Shown here: positions 1 to 11,001 of the stretch, piece after piece | Numbering within the stretch: position 1 is the stretch's first letter | Layout of the letters: every line of letters starts with the position of its first letter | Source: Candidatus Doudnabacteria bacterium | GTDB taxonomy: Bacteria; Patescibacteriota; Doudnabacteria; UBA920 | Assembly: GCA_963768175.1 (NCBI GenBank) | Contig: CAVYGQ010000002.1 | Location: 80,284 to 144,283, forward strand | Direction: 5' to 3' | DNA length: 64,000 bases | Notes under the pieces: model-generated | What the model was told of the DNA's origin: nothing | The model's database searches: none | Seen by the model: only the letters and a program-made list of their open reading frames with translations | Made by a program: the position numbers and the translations under genes

Positions 1-56
1 AAAAAGCCGAAGCAGAAAAGTTTATTTTAATTAATGAAATTGTCGCAGTAACTTAG

Positions 57-698
57 ATGAATGCACAAAATAAATTAACAACTATCTATATTGTCCGGCA
101 TGGGGAAACACAGGCAAATTTTGATAAGGTAGTAGCCGGACATTTTGACAGCCCGCTCACGCCGGCGGGGGAAAAACAGGCCATGGAGCGCGCGGCAACC
201 CTAAAGCATATCCACTTTGACGCAATTTTTTCTTCCGATTTAATTAGGGCAAAAAGAACGGCTGAACTTATAGCCGCCGACAGAAAATTAGCCACAAATA
301 CTATAAGGCTGATTCGGGAAAGATTTTTTGGGCATTGGGAGGGCAAACCGGAAAAAATATTTCAGGAAGAAAATAAGGAACTGTTTGAACTTAAAAATAA
401 GCTTTTGGAAGAACAGAAAAGAAATTTTAAGTACAGTTATGAATACGAAAGTGACAATGACATTGCCGCGCGTATGTTTTTGTTTTTAAGGGAAATAGCT
501 GTGGTTTTTGCCGGGAAAACCGTATTGGTGGTGTCCCATGGCTCCATAATGCGAGGTATGCTAATGCATTTGGGGTATGCGACTACCGGAGAACTTCCCG
601 CAGGATCTATAGAAAATACAGGTTACGTAGTGTTGGAATCTGACGGGGTAGATTTTTTTATAAAAGAAACCAAGGGTGTAAACAAGCAAACTGCCTGA
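57..698 (+). CDS. histidine phosphatase family protein (phosphoglycerate mutase-like)
   Basis: N-terminal RHGETQAN catalytic motif and C-terminal SHG motif; 213 aa. Confidence 0.8.
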   Translation: MNAQNKLTTIYIVRHGETQANFDKVVAGHFDSPLTPAGEKQAMERAATLKHIHFDAIFSSDLIRAKRTAELIAADRKLATNTIRLIRERFFGHWEGKPEKIFQEENKELFELKNKLLEEQKRNFKYSYEYESDNDIAARMFLFLREIAVVFAGKTVLVVSHGSIMRGMLMHLGYATTGELPAGSIENTGYVVLESDGVDFFIKETKGVNKQTA

Positions 699-829
699 AT
701 TATAAAAAAGGCAATTTTTTATAATTGTAATGACAGTTTTAGAGAAAAAGGATATAATATAGTTAGCAAAATATCATATTTAGTATGATAATTTAGAAAT
801 AAAATTAATTCTTAATTAAAGGATTTTTT

Positions 830-3394
830 ATGGTTGGCAAAAGAGAAGACAAGTTCATTTTGTGGTTTAACGAGATAAGCAAGGCCGATGTCGGTTTAGT
901 AGGCGGTAAGAACGCCAATTTGGGGGAAATGTACCAAAATTTAACCCAGGCGGAAAGTAAAATTTTTCCGGGCGAAAAAATATCCGTGCCTTACGGTTTT
1001 TCCGTAACAGCTGCGGCCTATGCGCATTTTATTAAGGAAAATGTTTTAGACGCCAAAATTCGGCAAGCTCTAGCAGATTTGGACACGCATAATATCAAGC
1101 AGCTGGAAGAGAAGGGGCAAAAAGTCAGGCAATTAATTTTGGAAGCTTCTTTTCCCGCGGATTTGGAAAGCGAAATAAAAACCGCATTTGCGGAGTTGGG
1201 CAAAAAATTAAAATTGTCGGTCCAGGACTTGGACGTGGCGGTCCGTTCGTCCGCCACGGCCGAGGACTTGCCGGACGCCAGTTTTGCGGGCCAGCAGGAA
1301 AGCTACTTAAATATTCGGGGCGATGCGGCGTTACTCCAAGCCATCAAAGAAGCTTTCGCTTCGTTGTTTACCAACCGCGCTATTTCTTACCGCGTGGACC
1401 AGAAGTTTGACCACTTTGCCGTAAAGCTGTCCGTAGCCGTGCAAAAAATGGCCCGTAGTGACCGCGGCGCCAGCGGGGTGATGTTTACCTTAGACACCGA
1501 GAGCGGTTTTAAGGATTTAATATTAATTAACGCGTCCTGGGGGCTGGGGGAATTTGTGGTCAAGGGCGTGGTTACCCCGGACGAGTATAAAGTTTTTAAG
1601 CCCACGCTGAAAAAAGGCTTCAAATCCATTATCAGCAAGCGCTTAGGTAGCAAGGAAAAAAAGCTCATTTATGCCGGCGAGGGTACCAGTCCGACCAAAG
1701 AGGTTCCCGTAGCCAATGCCGACCGTCATAGCTTTACTTTAAATGATGAGCAGATTTTAAAATTAGCCAAATGGGGGGCGATTATTGAAGATCATTATCA
1801 GCGTCCCATGGATATTGAATGGGCTTTTGATGGTATCCAAAAAGAGCTGTTTATAGTGCAAGCCCGGCCGGAAACCGTACAGGCCAGAAAAGACGTAAAG
1901 GTTTTGGAAGAATTCGTCATGCAGGACAAGGAGGGGAAGGTAATTTGCCAGGGCGCGGCTGTGGGTGCGAAAATCGGTTATGGTAAAGCGCACTATATTA
2001 AAGACGCCACGCAGTTGAGCGAATTTAAAAAGGGTGAAATTTTGGTTACAGAAATTACCGATCCGGATCGGGAACCGATTATGAAAATTGCCAGCGCTAT
2101 TGTCACCAACAGCGGCGGCAGGACCAGCCATGCGGCCATTGTCAGTAGGGAACTTGGCATTCCGGCCATTGTCGGGACTGGTAATGCCACCGAAGTCCTA
2201 AAGACCGGCATGGATATTACCGTGTCCTGCGCCGAAGGCGAGCTGGGCAAGGTTTACGAAGGGCTTTTGAAGTTTGAGGTTATTAAAACCGACCTGACCA
2301 ATTTCAAGCCGCCGAAAACTGACATTAAAATGATAGCCGCCGATCCAGAACTGGCTTTTGGCTATTCGTTTTTGCCCCAGCGCGGCGTCGGGCTGGCGCG
2401 GGAAGAGTTTATTATTTCCAACTTTATAAAAATCCACCCCAACGCACTGATAGATTATGAAAAATTGACCGATGCCAAAGTTTCCGCCTCCGCTGCCGAC
2501 TTCGCCAAGGCTACGCCGGACAAGGAAGCCCTAGCGGATGGCCAGCTATTAAAATATAGGACGGAGGCCAAAAAGCAAATTGACGAGTTAACCACGGGAT
2601 ATTCGGACAAGACCGAATATTTTGTGGAAAAACTTTCTTACGGCATCGGCCAGCTGGCGGCGGCGTTTTATCCTTACGACGTTCTGTTGAGGTTTTCCGA
2701 TTTTAAGACCAATGAATACGCTAACCTTATTGGCGGGAAACTTTATGAGCCCCAAGAGGAAAATCCCATGATGGGTTGGCGTGGGGCGAGCCGTTATTAT
2801 GATCCGAAATTTGAAAAAGCTTTTTCTTTGGAAGTGGCCGCGGTAAAGCTGGTGCGCGAAAAAATGGGCCTGTGGAACTTGAGCGTAATGGTGCCGTTTT
2901 GCCGGACGCCGGAAGAAGGCAAAAAGGTAGTAGAGACAATGAAAAAATACGGGCTGACTAACCGCATAGAACCCGAAACCCGCAAGAAAAAGAAAAACGG
3001 CGACTTGGTGGAAGGCGTGGAAGTTTGGGTGATGGCGGAAATCCCTTCCAATATTCTACAGGTGGATGAATTTGCGGAAATTTTTGACGGTTTCTCCATC
3101 GGCTCAAACGACTTGACCCAGCTGACTTTGGGGCTGGACCGCGACAATAAAACTATTGCCCCAATCGGCAACGAAAGGAACAAATCGGTTCATAAACTTA
3201 TTAGCATCCTCATTCCCGAAGCCCACAAGCGCCATCTGAAAGTCGGTATTTGCGGCCAAGGCCCTTCTGACTTCCCGGATTTTGCCGAATTTTTAGTTGA
3301 CCTGGGTATAGATTCTATTTCGCTTAACCCCGACACGGTAATGAAAGCTACGGTGAAGATTAAGGAAGTTGAGGACAAAATAGGCAAGAAATAA
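830..3394 (+). CDS. ppsA: phosphoenolpyruvate synthase (pyruvate, water dikinase)
   Basis: 854 aa; central GGRTSHAAIVSRELGIPAIVG phospho-histidine mobile domain; PEP-utilising C-terminal domain (GICGQ). Confidence 0.9.
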   Translation: MVGKREDKFILWFNEISKADVGLVGGKNANLGEMYQNLTQAESKIFPGEKISVPYGFSVTAAAYAHFIKENVLDAKIRQALADLDTHNIKQLEEKGQKVRQLILEASFPADLESEIKTAFAELGKKLKLSVQDLDVAVRSSATAEDLPDASFAGQQESYLNIRGDAALLQAIKEAFASLFTNRAISYRVDQKFDHFAVKLSVAVQKMARSDRGASGVMFTLDTESGFKDLILINASWGLGEFVVKGVVTPDEYKVFKPTLKKGFKSIISKRLGSKEKKLIYAGEGTSPTKEVPVANADRHSFTLNDEQILKLAKWGAIIEDHYQRPMDIEWAFDGIQKELFIVQARPETVQARKDVKVLEEFVMQDKEGKVICQGAAVGAKIGYGKAHYIKDATQLSEFKKGEILVTEITDPDREPIMKIASAIVTNSGGRTSHAAIVSRELGIPAIVGTGNATEVLKTGMDITVSCAEGELGKVYEGLLKFEVIKTDLTNFKPPKTDIKMIAADPELAFGYSFLPQRGVGLAREEFIISNFIKIHPNALIDYEKLTDAKVSASAADFAKATPDKEALADGQLLKYRTEAKKQIDELTTGYSDKTEYFVEKLSYGIGQLAAAFYPYDVLLRFSDFKTNEYANLIGGKLYEPQEENPMMGWRGASRYYDPKFEKAFSLEVAAVKLVREKMGLWNLSVMVPFCRTPEEGKKVVETMKKYGLTNRIEPETRKKKKNGDLVEGVEVWVMAEIPSNILQVDEFAEIFDGFSIGSNDLTQLTLGLDRDNKTIAPIGNERNKSVHKLISILIPEAHKRHLKVGICGQGPSDFPDFAEFLVDLGIDSISLNPDTVMKATVKIKEVEDKIGKK

Positions 3395-3414
3395 AGAATA
3401 ATTTGAAAAAAATA

Positions 3415-3450
3415 CAAAGAGACTCTTTGCTTTTAGCAAAGAGTTTTTTT
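3415..3450 (+). terminator. rho-independent terminator-like hairpin after ppsA
   Basis: CTCTTTGC-TTTTA-GCAAAGAG stem-loop followed by a T7 run. Confidence 0.55.
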
Positions 3451-3512
3451 GTTGGCATTCGTGCTATAATTAAATCGAGATGTGATAATTTTATTGGAAA
3501 CCAAAAGTAAAC

Positions 3513-4541
3513 ATGTTTTATATAAATTCTTTTTTAGCTTTTGAAGTTTTTGGGTTTATTGCCTTTGCGGCAATTTTGGCCAGGGAAATTTACCAGCGCA
3601 ACAACCTTCGGGTTTTTGAAATAATCAGTTGCGCTGTTTTCGGCATAATTCTGGAAGTAGGTGATATCTATTTGAGCAAGGCATATTCCTATAATTCCGC
3701 GTTTTTGGTAAAAGTAGCCGGGGTGCCTTTGGTCATCGGTTTTGGTTGGGCCGTTATTGTTTATTGCGCTATGTTGCTTAGCGACCAGTATCATATACCG
3801 TGGACATTACGGCCGTTTATGGACGCGCTGACAGCCGTAATCTTGGATTTGGCTGTAGACACGGTTGCCATTAGGTTGGCTTATTGGAAATGGTCCATCC
3901 CCTTAGACCAGGAATTTTACGGAGTGCCCTTAGAAAATTTAATCGGTTGGGCGCTGGTAGTTTTGGCCTTTTCTTTTGTTATCAGGTTTATTAGGACTTT
4001 AAACGTAAAAAGGACTTTAACAAAAATCTTAATGATTTTAAGTCCGGCGATTGCCTATGTTTTGCTTATTATCGGATTGTTTATTTCCCATTTAGTTATT
4101 TTACTGCCGTACCAAATCAACCATTGGCCCGCTAAAATAATATTTAATTCCCATTTGGATTTGGCAGTCCTTTATAGCCCGCAAGTCCAGATTTGGAAAG
4201 CGGCGGTATTTGTTATTTTGCTGGTGGAGCTGGTAAATATTGTGGTTTGGGCTATAGTAAAAAACCGCCGTAAATATCTTTGGCGGTTTGACCTGTTGTC
4301 GTTTATTATTATGTCCAGTATGTACCTGTTCTTTTTTATCGCGACCTTTGCCGCGGGTATCGACCGTCAGGTACCAATTTTGGTGATTATTAGTTTAATC
4401 TCATTTTTCGCGTATTGCCTGCTGCACTTTTTGCCTTACCTTTTGCGTCCCGGTACGGTCTATTTTTTCAAAGACGTGGAGCAGGTTTTAAAGAAAGAGG
4501 AAAAAAAGGTGGAAAAAATTATCCAGGCGGAGTTTAAATAA
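3513..4541 (+). CDS. polytopic integral membrane protein, function unknown
   Basis: 342 aa, about 9 hydrophobic segments, lysine-rich C-terminal tail; no recognisable catalytic motif. Confidence 0.5.
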   Translation: MFYINSFLAFEVFGFIAFAAILAREIYQRNNLRVFEIISCAVFGIILEVGDIYLSKAYSYNSAFLVKVAGVPLVIGFGWAVIVYCAMLLSDQYHIPWTLRPFMDALTAVILDLAVDTVAIRLAYWKWSIPLDQEFYGVPLENLIGWALVVLAFSFVIRFIRTLNVKRTLTKILMILSPAIAYVLLIIGLFISHLVILLPYQINHWPAKIIFNSHLDLAVLYSPQVQIWKAAVFVILLVELVNIVVWAIVKNRRKYLWRFDLLSFIIMSSMYLFFFIATFAAGIDRQVPILVIISLISFFAYCLLHFLPYLLRPGTVYFFKDVEQVLKKEEKKVEKIIQAEFK

Positions 4542-4676
4542 AAGCGTTTTTATGGCGAAAACAGAATCCTCGGCCAAAAGCCGGGGAATTTTTAAAAAGA
4601 TATGAATTGTGGATAACCAATTAGACTTTCTATTTTCTTTCTATTATAATATTTAGGTATTAGGGCTTTCAAAAAT

Positions 4677-6239
4677 ATGCTAACAAAGAAACAAAAACAA
4701 GTCTTGGATTTTATTACGGAATACAGCAAAAAGCACGGTTATGCCCCTTCTTTGGAAGAGATCCAGAGGCATTTTAAACTTGCCTCGGTTTCCACGGCGC
4801 ATTTTCACGTTGCCAAACTTGGGAGCTTGGGTTATTTGCAGAGAGAGGAAGGTAAACCTAGGGCTATCGAATTATACGAATCTGGAAATATGGTTCAAAT
4901 ACCTTTGCTTGGCACAATTGCGGCGGGCGAACCGATAGAAGCTCTTGAGCAAAAAGAAACTATTGCTATTTCCAAAACCAATTTGCCTGGTAGCGGAGAT
5001 TTTTTTGCCTTACGCGTTAAAGGCAATAGCATGATAGATGAAAACATTAACGATGGCGATATGGTCTTAATAAAACATCAAGAGACGGCTAATAATGGTC
5101 AAAAAGTAGTAGCTTTAATAGATAATAATGAAGCGACCTTAAAAAAGTATTATAGAGAAAATGGACACATTAGGCTGCAACCAGCAAATAAATCGCTTTT
5201 TCCTATTATTATCAAAAGAGACAGGGATATAAAAATTCAGGGAGTAGTGTTAGATGTTATACGGGAAGAAAAGTTTATTACTATTCCGTTACTCGAAACT
5301 AAGTCGGAAACCCAAGAGTATAAAAAGTTACCCATAAACGAAATTTTATGCGGTGATTCAATAGAAGAAATGAAAAAAATTCCTGATAGCATAATTGATA
5401 TGACATTTGCTGACCCACCCTTTAATTTAAATAAAAAATACGGCAACTATAAAGACAAAAAAGACGCCGAAGATTATATAAAATGGTGTGAACTTTGGTT
5501 GACTGAAATGGTTAGAATCACAAAACCAACGGGTTCAATTTTGGTGCATAACATTCCAAAGTGGTTGATATATTATGCTAACCATCTCAATAAAATTGCT
5601 TTCTTTAAACACTGGATTGCCTGGGACTCAATGAGCATACCATTGGGGAAAACTTTATTACCTGCTCATTATGGCGTATTGTTTTATACGAAATCCCCCA
5701 AAGGGTTTAAATTTCATGACCTTAGATCACCCCATAAAAAATGTAGGAACTGCGGCAAGATGATCAAAGATTACGGAGGAAAAAAAGACCAGATTAATCC
5801 TTATGGAACTCTTTTAAGCGACGTTTGGACGGACATACACCGGATTAGACATAATACGCGTAGAGATGCCCATCCATGCCAGCTTCCCGAGCCTTTACTG
5901 GAACGTTTGATTTTGATGACAACAGACGAAGGTGACGTAGTCTTGGATCCATTTATTGGTGCCGGGACTACCGCTTTAGCCGCCAAAAGACTTGGACGTA
6001 ACTATATTGGTATTGATATAGACCCAAAATATAAAAAAATTGTCGCCGACAAGCTCAAAAAAGTAAATTATAGGTCAAGTAATGGTTATAAGTACAATGG
6101 AGATCCAATTGAAGTTGCGTCTAAATATTTAAGAAATTTGACAATATCAGAAGACGAAGGAGTACATCCTATAGACAGTCCACAATATTTTGGTAAAAAA
6201 AATCAGAATATTAAAGTTACTAGCGCTACACTTTTTTAA
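4677..6239 (+). CDS. LexA-like repressor (wHTH + S24 peptidase) fused to a beta-class N4/N6 DNA methyltransferase
   Basis: N-terminal LexA DNA-binding fold and linker IPLLGTIAAGEPIEA; peptidase motifs GNSM and KK; then GDSIEE..FADPPFNL (motif IV), zinc-finger insert CRNCG, and C-terminal VLDPFIGAGTTALAAKRLGRNYIGIDID (motif I). One uninterrupted 520-aa ORF. Confidence 0.8.
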   Translation: MLTKKQKQVLDFITEYSKKHGYAPSLEEIQRHFKLASVSTAHFHVAKLGSLGYLQREEGKPRAIELYESGNMVQIPLLGTIAAGEPIEALEQKETIAISKTNLPGSGDFFALRVKGNSMIDENINDGDMVLIKHQETANNGQKVVALIDNNEATLKKYYRENGHIRLQPANKSLFPIIIKRDRDIKIQGVVLDVIREEKFITIPLLETKSETQEYKKLPINEILCGDSIEEMKKIPDSIIDMTFADPPFNLNKKYGNYKDKKDAEDYIKWCELWLTEMVRITKPTGSILVHNIPKWLIYYANHLNKIAFFKHWIAWDSMSIPLGKTLLPAHYGVLFYTKSPKGFKFHDLRSPHKKCRNCGKMIKDYGGKKDQINPYGTLLSDVWTDIHRIRHNTRRDAHPCQLPEPLLERLILMTTDEGDVVLDPFIGAGTTALAAKRLGRNYIGIDIDPKYKKIVADKLKKVNYRSSNGYKYNGDPIEVASKYLRNLTISEDEGVHPIDSPQYFGKKNQNIKVTSATLF

Positions 6240-6906
6240 GATTTTTAGAGGCTTCTTTTATAATCAACTTGTGTTTTTTGATTATCCGTTTTGATCTATA
6301 AATAACAGTTTTATAGAACAACTGTTGGAATTGGTTTATACTATTGATTTGAGATTTTTCTTCAAAGTTTTTTGGCCGTAAATTACCATCTTTTTCTCTA
6401 TATTTTAGTACCCTTCCGCTGTTAAGACTTAGGAATTTATAGAAAGGTTTTATTTCAATATTTAAAACTTCTTTTATTTTATCGTTGAAGTTGTAGGTTA
6501 CAAAAATAAAATAAATATTTTCCCCTCCGAATTTTTTTATTTTCTGTTGCCATTCATTAAGCGTACCCAGGTCATTCTCGCTATTTTTTACCGTAACCCA
6601 TTTGCCCTTTCTGTATTGGCTTTTGTTTCCAGATTTGAATTCTAATGCAAGCGGGGGTTTGGTTTTTAATTCAAAATCAGGAAAATAATTTTTGCTTGGA
6701 GCAACTGCGTAATCTGCTTTACTTTTGATAAAACCCTTTTTTGTGAATATCTTAACTAGAATATCAGTAAGTGGCTCTTCAATGTCAGTGCCAAAAGTGC
6801 GATAGCCAAAAGTTTTAGCGACGATAACTCTTTTGAGATAATTTAATATTGCAGTTCTTGAAAGCAATAAAAGATTAAGCGTCTTTATAGATTTTTTGTT
6901 CGTCAT
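6226..6906 (-). CDS. putative type II restriction endonuclease (PD-(D/E)xK fold)
   Basis: 226 aa; FPDFELK ... ALEFK gives a PD...ExK arrangement; convergent with and overlapping the methyltransferase gene; directly downstream of the C-protein-like gene. Confidence 0.5.
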   Translation of the reverse strand: MTNKKSIKTLNLLLLSRTAILNYLKRVIVAKTFGYRTFGTDIEEPLTDILVKIFTKKGFIKSKADYAVAPSKNYFPDFELKTKPPLALEFKSGNKSQYRKGKWVTVKNSENDLGTLNEWQQKIKKFGGENIYFIFVTYNFNDKIKEVLNIEIKPFYKFLSLNSGRVLKYREKDGNLRPKNFEEKSQINSINQFQQLFYKTVIYRSKRIIKKHKLIIKEASKNLKKV

Positions 6907-6910
6907 ATTA

Positions 6911-7132
6911 TTATTTTAAAAAATACTCTATAGATTTTTTATAAAGTTTCGCGAATTCTTTAAGTTGAATGGCGTCTATTCTTAATTGGCCAGATTCAAC
7001 TTTCGAAATATAGGATTGATTTTTGCCAAGATTTTTAGCAACGCTTAATTGATTTAGCTTTGCTTTAAGCCTGGCTTTCTTAAGTCTTTTAGTAAGACGT
7101 TTATACTCCTCAGAATAAATTGCTTTAAACAT
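6911..7132 (-). CDS. XRE-family HTH protein, controller (C) protein-like
   Basis: 73 aa; QLSVAKNLGKNQSYISKVESG helix-turn-helix; 4-nt gap to the nuclease gene on the same strand. Confidence 0.7.
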   Translation of the reverse strand: MFKAIYSEEYKRLTKRLKKARLKAKLNQLSVAKNLGKNQSYISKVESGQLRIDAIQLKEFAKLYKKSIEYFLK

Positions 7133-7219
7133 ATATAGGTATATTATATTCCAAAATGTAATATTCCAATTTAGAATATTTGTTGAAAAATAAAAACCCC
7201 TTGAAGTAAGGGGATTTTA

Positions 7220-7309
7220 TGGCGGAAGCGGAGGGATTCGAACCCTCGAGCCCTTTGACAGGCTGCGCGCTTTCCAAGCGCGTGCACTAGACCACTATGC
7301 GACGCTTCC
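7220..7309 (-). tRNA. tRNA-Ser (anticodon GGA)
   Basis: Reverse complement folds as a cloverleaf: acceptor GGAAGCG/CGCTTCC, anticodon loop TTGGAAA, long variable arm, T-loop TTCGAAT, encoded CCA; 90 nt. Confidence 0.9.
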
Positions 7310-7468
7310 TTATGGTCAAAACTTTCATCATTTTAACATAAAACCTTAGGTTTTGTCGAGGTTGCGGATATAGTGGAAATCAGGGTAAAATGAAGTTGTG
7401 GAAGTGTAGCGCGCCGATTTATCGGCATCGTCAGATTGCCCATAAATGGGCACACTACAAACTAATTT

Positions 7469-9229
7469 ATGAACGATCCCACACTTCAGGAAATCAAGGA
7501 TCGGCTAAACATCGCCGATGTGATATCAGGCTATATTCCCATAAAAAAAGCGGGCACCAATTTTAAGGCGCTTTGCCCGTTTCACCACGAGAAAACGCCT
7601 TCTTTACAAATTTCTCCGCAAAAGCAGATTTGGCACTGCTTTGGTTGCGGCGAAGGCGGAGATGTTTTTGGTTTTGTCATGAAGTATGAAAATTTGGAGT
7701 TCCGCGAAGCTTTGAAAATTTTGGCGGATAAAGCCGGGGTAAAGTTGCCGACTTACCATCCCGAAAATAAACAGCGGCAGGATGAAAAAGAATTGTTGCT
7801 AAGGATTAATGATTTTGCCGCGCGTTACTATCACGAGTTGCTGGTCGCGGACTTACGCGGAAACCAGGCCTTGCGGTATTTGGAACAACGCGGACTCACG
7901 CGGAAAACAATCGATCAATGGCAGATTGGCTTTGCGCCGGACGACTTTCATGCCCTTGAGCGGGCGCTTATGGCAAAAAAAGTAAACCTTAATGATGCTA
8001 TTAAGGCTGGGGTTATCGCAAAAAATGATCGTGGCGAGATGTATGATCGGTTCCGAGGGAGAGTGACTTTCCCCATTTATAATTATTTCGGCGATACGGT
8101 CGGGTTTTCCGCTCGTATTTTGGCTGACGATGGAAAGTCCGCTAAGTATATTAATTCTCCCGAAACACCCGTTTACAATAAGAGCAGAACTTTATTTGGT
8201 TTGAATTTTGCCAAGGAAGCAATTCGTAAAAAAGATGAAATGGTAATTGTAGAAGGGCAAATGGATTGTATTAGTTTGCACCAGTCGGGTTTTAAAAATG
8301 TGATAGCATCGAGTGGTACGGCATACAACGAAGGCGCAGTTGATTTTACCTCAGCAAGACGTTTGAATAATAATGTCAAAATGTGTTTTGATTCGGATAT
8401 AGCGGGGCAAACGGCATTGAAAAAAACCGGCGAGATGCTTTTAAAACAGGGCTTTCGGGTAAAAGTGATTATACTTAACGGGGTTAAAGACCCGGACGAA
8501 CTTATTAAAAAAAGCCCCGGGCTTTGGGAAAAAGCCGTGTCAGAGGCGGTATGGTTTTTAGACTGGCAAATGGATTTTGCCCAAAAAAAATTCGCCCAAG
8601 ATCCGGTTGAGCAAAAACATTATTTGAGTGAGCAAGTGGTGCCTTTGCTCGGCGCCATAGCCGATCCCTTGGAGCAGGACCACTACGTCCATAAACTTTC
8701 CACTAGATTTTTAATTTCCGAAAAAACCATATTAGACCAGATTAAAAAACAGGCTTTGGGTAAGAAGCCCGAATTGGACAAAGCTGGCCCCAATATTATG
8801 AACGGGAGTTTACTCTTGGAAAAGGAAATTTTGGGAGGCTTAATAGTTTTTCCGGAATTTTTGTCGGATGTTAGGGGTGGATTATTGAAAGAAGAGTTTG
8901 AGAATCCGGAGATTAGGGAGCTCATAAGCATTATTCTGGCGGGTGATAGCAAGGCTGTGGAGTTTGGAAATTCCACATTAGCCAAAGAAGCCCAGTTTAT
9001 GGTAGAATCACAGTTAGATGACTTGGGTGGTAACAGGACGGCTTTAGCTAAGGACCTGCAAAAAGCCTTTGCGATGTTAAAAATCGGGTCAATAAAAAAA
9101 CGCCAACAACAGCTTCAAAATGAAATAAAAAACGCGGAAATAGGTAAAAATAAGGCTAAAATTGAAGAATTGAACAAAGAATTCGCGCAGATTTCTGCGG
9201 AAAGAATTAAGTTCGAAGTTTTATTGTAG
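7469..9229 (+). CDS. dnaG: DNA primase
   Basis: CHC2 zinc finger [30 protein letters not shown]; TOPRIM region EGQMDCISL; 586 aa. Confidence 0.9.
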   Translation: MNDPTLQEIKDRLNIADVISGYIPIKKAGTNFKALCPFHHEKTPSLQISPQKQIWHCFGCGEGGDVFGFVMKYENLEFREALKILADKAGVKLPTYHPENKQRQDEKELLLRINDFAARYYHELLVADLRGNQALRYLEQRGLTRKTIDQWQIGFAPDDFHALERALMAKKVNLNDAIKAGVIAKNDRGEMYDRFRGRVTFPIYNYFGDTVGFSARILADDGKSAKYINSPETPVYNKSRTLFGLNFAKEAIRKKDEMVIVEGQMDCISLHQSGFKNVIASSGTAYNEGAVDFTSARRLNNNVKMCFDSDIAGQTALKKTGEMLLKQGFRVKVIILNGVKDPDELIKKSPGLWEKAVSEAVWFLDWQMDFAQKKFAQDPVEQKHYLSEQVVPLLGAIADPLEQDHYVHKLSTRFLISEKTILDQIKKQALGKKPELDKAGPNIMNGSLLLEKEILGGLIVFPEFLSDVRGGLLKEEFENPEIRELISIILAGDSKAVEFGNSTLAKEAQFMVESQLDDLGGNRTALAKDLQKAFAMLKIGSIKKRQQQLQNEIKNAEIGKNKAKIEELNKEFAQISAERIKFEVLL

Positions 9230-9234
9230 AAATT

Positions 9235-10545
9235 ATGGCCAAGAAGAAGCAAAATAAAAAATTTAAGAAAAAAAACGGCAAGACTGCAAAGCGGGGCATC
9301 CAAAAAAAATTCGGGGAAAAATACGTAAAAGTTTCTGTTGCCAAGCAGAGGATCCAAAAATCGGTATCAAAACCAACGCAGCCCCGTCTTAACCTGGCGA
9401 GGCAGGCGGTTTTACCGTTGCCCGTGCCAGCTTTGGATACCGAAAAGCTTTTGAAAAAGTTGATGGAAAAAGCTGCCGAACGGGGCTTTGTTACCGAAGC
9501 GGAAATTTTGCACGCTCTGCCTTATTTTGAAGACGACATACCGGGCCTTGAAAAAGTTATGGATGCTTTGGAAAAGCGCGGTATAGAAATTGTGGAGCAG
9601 GAAGTGGCCAGCGTTTGGGAGCAGAACAAGGCGCCGGAGATTAAGGCGGACGAAAAGTTAAGCAAAGGAAAAAAGAGAAAACAGGATGACATGGTGGACG
9701 CGTTTGATTTGGGCGATATTTATGACGACTCCATCCAAATGTATTTGCGCGAAATCGGCAAGGTGTCTTTACTTAAAGGGGCCGAAGAAATTGAACTTGC
9801 CAAAAGAATCGGCAAAGGCGACGTGGCCGCGCGCAGGAAATTGACCGAAGCAAACCTTCGTTTGGTGGTTTCCATTGCCAAAAAATATATGGGCCGCAAT
9901 TTAGGGCTGCTTGATTTAATTCAGGAAGGGAATTTGGGCCTGTTCCGCGCCGTAGAAAAATTTGACTGGCGCAAAGGGTACAAATTTTCCACTTACGCCA
10001 CTTGGTGGATCCGCCAAGCCATTACCAGGGCTTTAGCCGACCAATCCCGCACCATCCGGATACCCGTTCATATGGTGGAAACCTTAAATAAATATGCGCA
10101 GGCCGAACGCTCTTTGGTGCAGGATTTGGGACGCGAGCCTTTGCCCGAAGAAATTGCCGCGGAAATGGGCATTGAGGTGGAAAAAGTTTATCATCTTAAA
10201 AAGATTTCCCAGGAAACGGTGTCTATAGATTCCCCGGTAGGGGAAGACGACGGTGAAGATTCGTCACTCGGGGATTTTATTGTGGATGAAGATACGACGA
10301 AGCCAAACGAAGTCGCTGGCAGGCAAATTTTAAAGGAATATGTTGGCAATATTTTGCAGGATTTAGATCCGCGCGAACAAAAAATTCTAAAAATGCGTTT
10401 TGGCTTGGAAGACGGCGTTACCCACACCTTGGAAGAAGTGGGGGAAGAGTTCGGCGTCACCCGCGAACGCATCAGGCAAATAGAAAGCAAAGCCTTGGAG
10501 CGCATCCGGGAACATATTGATATAGATAAGCTTAGAGATTATTAG
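9235..10545 (+). CDS. rpoD: RNA polymerase sigma-70 factor
   Basis: Regions 1.2-4 present (YLREIG, region 2 [10 protein letters not shown], region 4 [20 protein letters not shown]); immediately downstream of dnaG as in the conserved operon. Confidence 0.9.
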   Translation: MAKKKQNKKFKKKNGKTAKRGIQKKFGEKYVKVSVAKQRIQKSVSKPTQPRLNLARQAVLPLPVPALDTEKLLKKLMEKAAERGFVTEAEILHALPYFEDDIPGLEKVMDALEKRGIEIVEQEVASVWEQNKAPEIKADEKLSKGKKRKQDDMVDAFDLGDIYDDSIQMYLREIGKVSLLKGAEEIELAKRIGKGDVAARRKLTEANLRLVVSIAKKYMGRNLGLLDLIQEGNLGLFRAVEKFDWRKGYKFSTYATWWIRQAITRALADQSRTIRIPVHMVETLNKYAQAERSLVQDLGREPLPEEIAAEMGIEVEKVYHLKKISQETVSIDSPVGEDDGEDSSLGDFIVDEDTTKPNEVAGRQILKEYVGNILQDLDPREQKILKMRFGLEDGVTHTLEEVGEEFGVTRERIRQIESKALERIREHIDIDKLRDY

Positions 10546-10568
10546 GAAGAGATATTAATTGTGCAATT

Positions 10569-10600
10569 AAATCCGCCGCTAAACAGGCGGATTTATTATT
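10569..10600 (+). terminator. terminator-like hairpin after rpoD
   Basis: AAATCCGCC-loop-GGCGGATTT followed by an AT-rich run. Confidence 0.5.
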
Positions 10601-11001
10601 GCTATTATTTAAGGATGACTCCCTTCCATGTCAAAATGGCACAAAATCTTTTTTTTGTTTTAATTTTGGAGATTTTGTCAGTTATCCACTTTCTATTCTT
10701 GCCAAATTTTTGGTATAGGGGTAAAATTAAGGCAGAAAGGAAAGTAATAGATGATTAACAGGTTCTGGTTTGCCAGCTAGCTTTTCCAAAGTCGCGAAAA
10801 GCCCTCAAGGCGGCTAAGCCTTAAGCATCTAGCATTAATCTAGAGAAAAAAGAAAATCGCATATGGGAAAAGCCAGTCTGAAATAATCCCCCTTACTCCA
10901 TTTTAGGATAAGGGGGATTATTGTTTGTGTCTTGAATTAATCTCCAAAACAGTCTAAAATAAAAGCAAAACTATTATATAATACATTTCATAATCCAATA
11001 T

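Noticed and set aside
830-3394. Numerous antisense ORFs of 60-130 aa inside ppsA, dnaG, the pur genes and others, as listed in the ORF track
   Set aside because: They overlap long conserved genes on the opposite strand and lack motifs; standard spurious six-frame ORFs.
10561-10758. 65-aa ORF after rpoD
   Set aside because: It is AT-rich, overlaps the rpoD terminator hairpin, and has no recognisable features.
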